From IMG/VR virus record IMGVR_UViG_3300008255_000350, positions 1-30,262 of that record: a DNA stretch of 30,262 nucleotides; one strand, 5' to 3'. How positions within the stretch are numbered: position 1 is the stretch's first letter; every line of letters begins with the position of its first letter. Below are positions 1 through 6,365 of the stretch, piece after piece. A program made the translations under genes and the position numbers. Source of the DNA: a virus. Its lineage: Duplodnaviria > Caudoviricetes. The notes under the pieces were generated by a model, which saw nothing but the letters and a program-made list of their open reading frames with translations, did not search any database and was not told the origin of the DNA.

Positions 1-392
1 ACCTCCTCCCGGCCGGTGTTGATTGCCGCATCCAGGCGCTTGTTCTCTTCTTCTTCCCGCCTGCGCCGCTCTTCCTCCCGCCTGACCCGCTCTTGCTCTG
101 TCAGGTAATCTGACATCTGCTTTTTTACAAGGCGCTCAGCTTTTGCAAGTGGGGACCTGAAGCGGTCTATCTCAATTACGACAGCTTTTCTCTTTTCCTC
201 TGCTGCGCGCTTTAAGTCCTGCGCCTCTTTCAGCGCGGGATCAAAGTGTTCCTCCACCAACTTGACCGTTTGTTTGCAGGCGACAAGGAGCCGGTTCGCT
301 TCATCGAGTGAGCCCTGATCCCTGACCGTGACCGACTGGAGATTGGCGACGACTGATTCAACTGTTTTTTGGAGATCTTTCTTTTCTGTCAT
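1..392 (-). CDS. Partial phage coiled-coil protein (MTEKKDLQKTVESVVANLQSVTVRDQGSLDEANRLL...), runs off the left edge
   Basis: Read manually, not in the ORF track. ATG at 392 overlaps the recT stop (ATGA); open to the window edge; E/R-rich coiled coil (EQERVRREEERRRREEEE). Confidence 0.75.
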   Translation of the reverse strand, partial: MTEKKDLQKTVESVVANLQSVTVRDQGSLDEANRLLVACKQTVKLVEEHFDPALKEAQDLKRAAEEKRKAVVIEIDRFRSPLAKAERLVKKQMSDYLTEQERVRREEERRRREEEENKRLDAAINTGREE

Positions 393-1192
393 TCCGCCGC
401 CACCTCATAGTCTCCGTCGATGGTGTCGAGGTTCAGCTCCGGGTCGTCGGGATTGATCCGGTAAGCGCGGTTGTCGGCGCTTGCGGCGGTGGCGATCTCT
501 ACAGACTTGGGGGCGTAGCGTAGCAGGTCGATCATCACGGTTTTGCACGCCATCTGATCGAAGTTCGTCTGCCAGGGGCCAGAGGCGAAAGACTTGCTGT
601 ACTGCTTTGCGTGCTTCTCGACCTTATCCCGAGACCACACACGGAAATCATAACCGCCGTTAGTCAGCTCATACTGAGCGTAGAAAAACACGGTATTCCC
701 GGTCGGGGTTTTCGATGGGTCGTGGATGAGCTTCGGATTCAAGCCGTATGAGTATTCAAACGTGTCCGCCTCATCCACTGCCATGGCAGTCAGCCTCCGG
801 TACTGCCCGGTTCGGTGCGCAAGGTCAACGATCCCCTTGTACCCCATCTGAAACTGAGCATCTACGCGGCCGAGCTTCCGGTTCTCATACGGGATTATGT
901 AGCACTGCCCGAGGGGTGTATTCGGTTCGAGTCCGAGCTGCGCCGCCTGCATGATTGACCACATGAGAGAGAGCGCGTCAGCCTGTCCGAGCTTCGGGTT
1001 GTTCCTGACGGCGGTCAGGGCGACGCGGGCAAGTCTCTCGGTTGTGACATGCTTCGGGAGCGCCTTCTCGAGCTGTGGCTTGAGCCTTTCGATCATTGCG
1101 CCGATACTGTCGCTTTTTTTCGCGACAGACTGCGGCTTGCTGTTCGTGGTGGCGGTATTTTTTCCGGCCTCTTGTGTTCCGTCTGCTTTCAT
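389..1192 (-). CDS. recT: RecT-family single-strand annealing recombinase
   Basis: Motifs ALPKHVTTERLAR, AAQLGLEPNTPLGQCYIIPY, QFQMGYKGIVDLAHR, PWQTNFDQMACKTV; AAGGAG RBS; next to a YqaJ exonuclease. Confidence 0.93.
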   Translation of the reverse strand: MKADGTQEAGKNTATTNSKPQSVAKKSDSIGAMIERLKPQLEKALPKHVTTERLARVALTAVRNNPKLGQADALSLMWSIMQAAQLGLEPNTPLGQCYIIPYENRKLGRVDAQFQMGYKGIVDLAHRTGQYRRLTAMAVDEADTFEYSYGLNPKLIHDPSKTPTGNTVFFYAQYELTNGGYDFRVWSRDKVEKHAKQYSKSFASGPWQTNFDQMACKTVMIDLLRYAPKSVEIATAASADNRAYRINPDDPELNLDTIDGDYEVAAE

Positions 1193-1201
1193 GTTTTCTC
1201 C

Positions 1202-2176
1202 TTAAATGATCTTCACGGACATACGTCCGCTCTCTGTTAATCCGACCCGGTGGTGATCTGTGACCCCATACCGTGACCGGCCCATAGCCTGGATTATCTT
1301 TTGCTTGACCTTCTCGCGTTCGTCGGTCCGGTCGTCAATCTCAACCTTGAGATCGATGTACCGGAGGATGTCGTTCTCATACCCTGAGAGGTCGATTGTG
1401 GTATCATCCGAGAAAGCCCGCTCCTGCATGAGAGCGTCATAGTCGGCATCCGATCCACCAGGGAGTGGGAAGTAAAGCGGGTCGTTCATCTGGATGATTT
1501 CCCACAGGTCAGCCTCGGCGGCGTTCAGACGTGAGATAAACTCATCGTTCCGGGTGACGATTCTCAGCACGCGGATATTTCCGATGAGTCCGAAAGTCCA
1601 CCATTCATCAAGGCCGGTCCCTGCCATGTAGTGCTGATCTTGGCAGTAGTAGGGGTCAGGTAATTCGTCCCCATCTTTCCCGCCCCAGTTCTTCAGCTGG
1701 TAGGATGATCCGGTCTTGATCTCAAGACCGACGGTTCTGGCCTTCGGCTCCATCTTCATCCCGTCCGCTCCGAGTGATAGTTCTGCCCGGTCGCATATGT
1801 TCAGGAATCCATCAGGATTGATAATCTGCCACGGTCTCTCTATATTTCTGTACATGTGAGTCGGGTCCATTACCTGTACTTCGATTCCGAACTGATCCCT
1901 GACGAACGGCGCTACCATCTCCCGGCGGATAAACGATTCAAGGATGTTTCCGACCTGGATTACTTCTTTGTCCGAGATATCCGGGGGCGTGTATCTCCCG
2001 GTCTTTTCCATGCAGACTGTCAGGGGTGAGCCGTAATCCGACATCCCCATGCAGGCGGCGGCGTCTGATCCTCCGATACCTTGCCGCCGGAGGGCAAGCC
2101 AATCCTCATGGGAAAGATCTGCGTAGGCTGCGATGGGGGTGCATTCGGGGAGGTTAATCATTTTCCTGCTTTCCAT
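1202..2176 (-). CDS. YqaJ-like viral recombinase / lambda-type exonuclease (start may be 2161)
   Basis: WLALRRQGIGGSDAAACMG, NPDG, LEIKT, PDPYYCQDQHYM motifs; upstream of recT. Confidence 0.92.
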   Translation of the reverse strand: MESRKMINLPECTPIAAYADLSHEDWLALRRQGIGGSDAAACMGMSDYGSPLTVCMEKTGRYTPPDISDKEVIQVGNILESFIRREMVAPFVRDQFGIEVQVMDPTHMYRNIERPWQIINPDGFLNICDRAELSLGADGMKMEPKARTVGLEIKTGSSYQLKNWGGKDGDELPDPYYCQDQHYMAGTGLDEWWTFGLIGNIRVLRIVTRNDEFISRLNAAEADLWEIIQMNDPLYFPLPGGSDADYDALMQERAFSDDTTIDLSGYENDILRYIDLKVEIDDRTDEREKVKQKIIQAMGRSRYGVTDHHRVGLTESGRMSVKII

Positions 2177-2423
2177 TCTTCACATGGTTAACAGGAACGA
2201 ACCCTCTCTTTTTGTTAAAACGTGAACGAGCTATAGCATTCTTAACCGTTCTTGCAACAGTCCGCTTAAAAATCTTGATACCGAGAGTGCCTTTCATTGT
2301 GGGGTTGGCCACTAGTGTCTCGGTTTTCTTCTTTGATCGATTATAGACTGCCTTTTTTTTACCGGGCTTACTCCCGCCGAAACAGCCTCTTGCTGATTGC
2401 GCTTTTTTCTTATTTCCGTTCAT
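2154..2423 (-). CDS. Small, very basic (Lys/Arg-rich) hypothetical protein
   Basis: 89-aa ORF with AAGGAG upstream; overlaps the next gene start; no recognised domain. Confidence 0.6.
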   Translation of the reverse strand: MNGNKKKAQSARGCFGGSKPGKKKAVYNRSKKKTETLVANPTMKGTLGIKIFKRTVARTVKNAIARSRFNKKRGFVPVNHVKNGKQEND

Positions 2424-3196
2424 CCCCTGCTCTCCTTAAAATTGCCCGGCGGCGACCTCTTTAACTTCTCCGCCGGGCGAGACTATGGCGTACACTATCG
2501 CTAATTCAGACCTTGCCTCCCCTTTGCTGGCGCATAAGCAACCATTTGATTTTTCACCCATACGGGCTATGGCGCCCGCCGGAATCGAACCGGTCCGCGG
2601 TAGGTCGCCAGCCTACGGGCCCAAAGTTGCCACCTGATTCCCCGGTGGCCCGGTAGGCAATACCCTTTAATCGTGCAGATTCTGCCTATCACTACACGAC
2701 GATCTGGTTTCTACCAGCAATACCCGGTTTCTACCGGCAATAGTCAGCCTCTTCTGACATTACAACCTTTAAGGGTTTAACCAGTGCCCGGGCACTCGAA
2801 CCCGGTGTGTGCCCCGACCCTCGCACCTCTCCACGGGAAACCGCCTCTACCCTTTGCAGCCTCACTGGTTGGCACGTTTAGCTTTGCATGGAAGTTGCCA
2901 GTCCATTGTGCCGGGTACGTCTCCGGCGCGGGGCTTTCACCGCTCGTGGTGCCGTTTTAACCCGTCAACGGGCTATACAGGGCGACGGGAATCGAACCCG
3001 CCGGAGGCTGCTGACCCTCCTGCCTTTCCCTGTAGGCGGAAAACGATAGAAAACCGCCAAGTATAAGATACGGCAACGCCGTTTGTCGGCAGCTGGGGCA
3101 TGATCCCCGCTTCTGCGGTGCGTACTCTGTTCCGCTTCCGCGCCCCTGGCAGGGAGCTTACTGCACTCCTGGGACCGACTGCCGTCTTTCCGGCTG
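2424..3196 (-). ncRNA. Putative structured RNA region with several tRNA-like (closing stem + T-arm) modules
   Basis: No credible ORF; dense hairpins; GGTTCGATTCC T-arms in 2570-2622 and 2976-3034, GGTTCGAGTGCC in 2779-2870; no complete cloverleaf found. Confidence 0.6.
2703..2742. repeat. Tandem 20-bp duplication, each copy a hairpin
   Basis: TCTGGTTTCTACCAGCAATA / CCCGGTTTCTACCGGCAATA; two of the three differences form a compensatory stem pair. Confidence 0.85.
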
Positions 3197-3487
3197 TCAA
3201 AAAACATTCTCCTTGACGTCCATGACGCTACGCGCCACAAGAAGGTTCTGACCTCGTGAAACAAGATTCCTGATCATTCCTACCTGCTCAAGTCTCAATT
3301 CCTCCCCAGGCTTCTTAACCTCGATCCACCAGAGCGAACCATGCCTGCTGATTACCAGAAGGTCCGGTGTCCCCGGAGGGCAGAGCCGGATATTATTCCG
3401 CGCCCTGCCGGAGTTCAGCCGGAACACTAAGAATCTGTTCAGCTCCAAGTATTCGACTATCTGCGCTTGGATTTCTGATTCGGTCAT
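3197..3487 (-). CDS. VRR-NUC domain (PD-(D/E)xK) nuclease, 96 aa
   Basis: MTESEIQAQIVEYL...GTPDL...WIEVKKPG...EQ. Start reassigned to ATG 3487 (AAAGGAG RBS); the longer track ORF merely translates repeat array C. Confidence 0.88.
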   Translation of the reverse strand: MTESEIQAQIVEYLELNRFLVFRLNSGRARNNIRLCPPGTPDLLVISRHGSLWWIEVKKPGEELRLEQVGMIRNLVSRGQNLLVARSVMDVKENVF

Positions 3488-3500
3488 TTCGGTCTCCTTT

Positions 3501-3586
3501 GCCTGCCTTGCCCTGCCTTGCCTTGCCCAGCCATGCCTTGCCATGCCCTGCCCCGCCTTGCCTGCCACGCCCAACCTAACCGGGCC
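3501..3586 (-). repeat. GGY-NN pentamer array C (18 GGY triplets)
   Basis: Minus strand: GGC cc GGT ta GGT tg GGC gt GGC a GGC aa GGC gg GGC ag GGC at GGC aa GGC at GGC tg GGC aa GGC aa GGC ag GGC aa GGC a GGC; fills the intergenic gap. Confidence 0.95.
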
Positions 3587-3588
3587 TG

Positions 3589-4065
3589 CTAAACCGTGAC
3601 GGCCTCGCGCGCCATGTCGAGATGGTGCTGCGCCGTGTCAAGTTCTACCTCTGCGAGATAGCGGTAAACCCTCGCCTTCCGCGACAGCTCCCCGATTGAT
3701 TCCTTGATCTCCCCGAGGATCTGCTTCCTCATGTCTTTGTCGCCGAGAATTGTCCTCGTCGGCATGTACTGGCGCTGATTGTCCACGATGACGGATTCGA
3801 AAGCGCGGTATTCAACGTCCGCTCTGTCCTGGTATTCGTCTACCGTTACGATCCCGCGTATTACCTGCCCAGCTTCCTGGATTCTGTGGAGCCGGGCCGC
3901 TTCCGCGTCGTCCCACGTGAAACACTTATGCAGCTCTGTCTCTTCATCCTCCGCGAAACTGACGATCTCCTCAGGAATCAGTGTTCCGATACTTTCCAGC
4001 TCTTCCCCGATGAGTTCAGCATTTGCCTTGAACCGCGCCCCGCTTTTCCATTTGTAAACGCCCAT
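3589..4065 (-). CDS. Conserved phage hypothetical protein, candidate partner of the RAMP-like protein
   Basis: 158 aa, AGGAGG RBS; motif PEEIV...ELHKCFTWDDAEAARLHRIQEAGQVIR resembles a phage family I recall as LHxxFEWDDxxAAxxYR; flanked by arrays B and C. Confidence 0.8.
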   Translation of the reverse strand: MGVYKWKSGARFKANAELIGEELESIGTLIPEEIVSFAEDEETELHKCFTWDDAEAARLHRIQEAGQVIRGIVTVDEYQDRADVEYRAFESVIVDNQRQYMPTRTILGDKDMRKQILGEIKESIGELSRKARVYRYLAEVELDTAQHHLDMAREAVTV

Positions 4066-4111
4066 CGTTTACCTCCTGTAATGTGTTCGGTATCGCCTAT
4101 GGCTACCGATT

Positions 4112-4162
4112 GCCTGCCCTGCCATGCCGGGCCTTGCCATGCCGCGCCACGCCTTGCCTGCC
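4112..4162 (-). repeat. GGC-NN pentamer array B (11 GGC triplets) followed by a hairpin at 4087-4109
   Basis: Minus strand: GGC a GGC aa GGC gt GGC gc GGC at GGC aa GGC cc GGC at GGC ag GGC a GGC, then TCGGTA-GCC-ATA-GGC-GA-TACCGA. Confidence 0.95.
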
Positions 4163-4173
4163 AAGCGGCGGCG

Positions 4174-4764
4174 CTACTGCGCCACCACCTCAAAACGTCC
4201 GAATGTTCCGTCTTTCTCAGGCCGCCATTCTCCGACACCTACGCCGTACCCGGCAGCGTGGAGCATATTGACGATCTGATCAAAAGACGTGATTGAGCTG
4301 TTGTAGCTTATGTTCAATTCAGCTTCCCAGCCGACGACCTGGCCCCGGAATCGTATGTCGGCGGTTGCGCCGTTCAGCCGGACCATATCCTCCCGGGGGT
4401 GGACCTCGCCCTCTACCGGCACAAGCTCCCGATCGTCGCGGGTGCAATACTCGCCATGAACGAAAAACGATGTCCGAGCGTCGGTCATTACAAGGCCGAT
4501 CTGCTTTGCGCCGCGGATCATTGCCTTCTTGAAAGCATCAGCTGGGAACCCGAGCCTGTCGTCGTCGAGCCGGTACACGCTGGCTTCGTACTGTTCTTCC
4601 GGTGACTTCGCTTCTTTTTTGACAGTTTTTTTCATTTGCTTGTCGAGCATTTCCTTCCGCGCCTTCTCGCTCCATCGGTGCATGATGAGCGGGGAAAGCC
4701 CCTTGATCTTGATTGTCGCCGTCTCCACTTTGATCTTCTGAAGTTCTGCCGTTTTGGTAGCCAT
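4174..4764 (-). CDS. Solo RAMP / Cas7 (Csm3)-like RNA-binding protein, 196 aa
   Basis: RAMP signatures in the right order: IKIKGLSPLIMH (cf. L-x-T-x-SPLHIG), LGFPADAFKKAMIRG (cf. IPGSSLKGALR), C-terminal Gly-rich loop GYGVGVGEWRPEKDGTFGRFEV; TAAGGAGG RBS. Confidence 0.75.
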   Translation of the reverse strand: MATKTAELQKIKVETATIKIKGLSPLIMHRWSEKARKEMLDKQMKKTVKKEAKSPEEQYEASVYRLDDDRLGFPADAFKKAMIRGAKQIGLVMTDARTSFFVHGEYCTRDDRELVPVEGEVHPREDMVRLNGATADIRFRGQVVGWEAELNISYNSSITSFDQIVNMLHAAGYGVGVGEWRPEKDGTFGRFEVVAQ

Positions 4765-4855
4765 TTGCTACCTCCTTACTGTGTGTTACCGCGTTGTCAA
4801 CGACTGCGGTATAAGACGCCGGGGAATTGCACCCCGGTACGCTTACCGTCTTTTT

Positions 4856-4916
4856 GCCTGCCTTGCCTTGCCCAGCCATGCCTCGCCTCGCCGTGCCCTG
4901 CCCCGCCTCGCCTGCC
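4856..4916 (-). repeat. GGC-NN pentamer array A (13 GGC triplets) followed by a T-loop-like hairpin at 4815-4850
   Basis: Minus strand: GGC a GGC ga GGC gg GGC ag GGC ac GGC ga GGC ga GGC at GGC tg GGC aa GGC aa GGC a GGC. Confidence 0.95.
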
Positions 4917-4921
4917 ATATC

Positions 4922-5035
4922 CTACCGCCTCACAAGCTCCTCGCCTGCCTTCTTCTGCCAGTAGATCGCGCTTTGTATCTTGCCAGCTTTCAAGAACATC
5001 AGGGAGAGCCGGAGAAACCTGTCGTACTTGCTCAT
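4922..5035 (-). CDS. 37-aa hypothetical protein (MSKYDRFLRLSLMFLKAGKIQSAIYWQKKAGEELVRR)
   Basis: Below the track cutoff; ATGA overlap with the upstream ORF, GAGG RBS; stops 5 nt before array A. Confidence 0.6.
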   Translation of the reverse strand: MSKYDRFLRLSLMFLKAGKIQSAIYWQKKAGEELVRR

Positions 5036-5226
5036 CGTATGACCTCTTCGAAAACAAGCTGACTATTGACGTTCAGGAATTGTTCAAAGGTCTCAGCCGG
5101 GTGGTACCCCGTAATCTCCCGGACTTCCTTCTGATCGCACCCTTTCAGCTTCAAGCGTTCGGTCTGCCGGTAAATTATTCCGAGTTCGTTTATCGGGCGG
5201 GGTGAGGGATTTTCAAACATCTTCAT
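5032..5226 (-). CDS. 64-aa hypothetical protein
   Basis: ATGA-coupled on both sides; GGAGG upstream. Confidence 0.65.
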   Translation of the reverse strand: MKMFENPSPRPINELGIIYRQTERLKLKGCDQKEVREITGYHPAETFEQFLNVNSQLVFEEVIR

Positions 5227-5384
5227 GAGGCCTCCGGGCGGTTTGCCTGTTCCATCGATTCGACATGCTCCTCAAGCATGATTTCAACCTGCTTCGTAAA
5301 CGAACGCCTCTCGCGCTGTGCGATCTCAAGCACCGTATCGGCTATTCGTTTATCCATCGATATTGTCTTTGTTATCCTGTCCAT
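5223..5384 (-). CDS. Ribbon-helix-helix (Arc/CopG-like) regulator, 53 aa (MDRITKTISMDKRIADTVLEIAQRERRSFTKQVEIMLEEH...)
   Basis: Read manually; alternating N-terminal beta strand, helix, then A-x-x-E-x-R-S-F-x-x-Q-V pattern typical of Arc-like proteins; first gene after a promoter. Confidence 0.75.
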   Translation of the reverse strand: MDRITKTISMDKRIADTVLEIAQRERRSFTKQVEIMLEEHVESMEQANRPEAS

Positions 5385-5390
5385 ATGATC

Positions 5391-5428
5391 AGTATACACC
5401 CTTTCAAAACATTGTCAATTTTTTTTTT
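5391..5428 (-). promoter_or_regulatory. Strong sigma70-type early promoter
   Basis: A10 tract directly upstream of TTGACA (5418-5413), 16-nt spacer, TATACT (5396-5391), then 6 nt to the ATG at 5384. Confidence 0.8.
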
Positions 5429-6278
5429 GCGAATTATTGATATTTAATGAATCAATGAATTCTGCGTCGTCGACCTGGCTGTGGTCATAGAATCGCTTTG
5501 TCACCCTGATATCGGCGTGCCCCAGCTCTTCAGATGCTTTGGAGATTCCCAGGCGTTCAGAAAGAAGTGTTCCCCGGCAGTGCCGTATCATGTGGGCCGA
5601 TGTCCGTTTACCTATCGTCCGCTCAGCGTGGCGCCGGATGGCGGTTGTGATGTGCATCCTGTCGTATGGGGCGCCCCTGTGGTCGAACAGGTATTTCTCC
5701 CCGGAGAAGTATTCCACGATTTTGTCATAGAGTTCTGCCGTGCACCTTATGGTCCGCTCTTTGTTCCCCTTGCCGGTTATGCGGATGTAGCAGAGTTCCC
5801 CGGATCGCCTCACATGCCGGTGCTCAGTCCAGAGCGCCTCGGATATCCGGCAGGATGATTCCCAGAGGAAGCGGATAATCAGGGCCAAGTGTCCCGGGGC
5901 CGTTTCGATCAGCTTTGCCACCTCTTCGGGGGTCGGCACCGCGTCGGCCTTCTTGATACCTCCGTGCTGCTTCTTTGACTTGAGCTTGCCCAGGGCCCGC
6001 TCAACCTTGAACCGCTGCGCCTCGGTCATGTCCGAGTTGTCGGCGGCTATCCTGATTGCCTGCTTGATCGCCTTCAGGTGCTGGTTGTAGGCGGCGGCAC
6101 CCAGGGTCAGCTCCCGGAGATAGTGAGAAGCCCCTGACACGATGTCATGCCCTGATTCCTCCAGATACTTCTGATACCGGATTACCGCGTGCCGGTACTG
6201 CTTGTTGACCATGTTTTCAAGGCGTGACTGAGGAAGCCCGCCAGCGCCTACCAATTCCCGATTGTTACCCTTTGGCAT
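5415..6278 (-). CDS. Tyrosine recombinase (XerC/D-like, no arm-binding domain)
   Basis: Catalytic set: CRISE (R), GKGNKER (K), HMIRH (HxxR), LGH, FYDH (Y); 287 aa; GGAGG RBS. Confidence 0.92.
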   Translation of the reverse strand: MPKGNNRELVGAGGLPQSRLENMVNKQYRHAVIRYQKYLEESGHDIVSGASHYLRELTLGAAAYNQHLKAIKQAIRIAADNSDMTEAQRFKVERALGKLKSKKQHGGIKKADAVPTPEEVAKLIETAPGHLALIIRFLWESSCRISEALWTEHRHVRRSGELCYIRITGKGNKERTIRCTAELYDKIVEYFSGEKYLFDHRGAPYDRMHITTAIRRHAERTIGKRTSAHMIRHCRGTLLSERLGISKASEELGHADIRVTKRFYDHSQVDDAEFIDSLNINNSQKKN

Positions 6279-6336
6279 AGACCCTCCGTATATTGCCTCC
6301 TGCCTTCGCTGGTGGCCCTGTGAGCTACTTTCTCAG

Positions 6337-6365
6337 ACTATATCATAGAGGGATACCTCTTGCAA
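6337..6365 (-). promoter_or_regulatory. Promoter of the recombinase gene
   Basis: TTGCAA (6365-6360), 17-nt spacer ending in TGA (extended -10), TATAGT (6342-6337). Confidence 0.65.

Noticed and set aside
2570-3034. Bona fide tRNA genes
   Set aside because: T-arms are present but I could not build D-arm plus anticodon arm cloverleaves; modules i and iii are too short (59 and 53 nt).
2809-3264. Track ORFs 2809-3066(+), 2965-3264(-), 2973-3200(-)
   Set aside because: No recognisable domains, Arg/Ser/Pro-rich shadow composition, and they overlap strong RNA hairpins. 2973-3200 is stop-start coupled so cannot be fully excluded.
3501-3562. Concatenated NN of arrays C and A read like RBS + TTG start (AAGGAGATAAATTGAAAA..., GAGGAGACGAGAATTGAAAA)
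   Set aside because: No matching contiguous site seen in the window; A and C are not independent and purine bias could give this by chance. Kept only as the gap-0 case in the target search.
3488-3574. N-terminal extension MGVAGKAGQGMARHGWARQGRARQ on VRR-NUC, and similar ARQG/PCLA-repeat ORFs (3978-4238, 4538-4918, 4797-5057, 3367-3579, 4636-5205)
   Set aside because: These are translations of the GGC-NN arrays. The 5-nt period is not codon-phased, they lack RBSs and they overlap better-supported genes.
3501-4916. Arrays as a canonical CRISPR array or a simple microsatellite
   Set aside because: No 25-40 nt repeats with unique spacers and no cas1/cas2; variation confined to two positions per unit with fixed end brackets does not fit slippage repeats.
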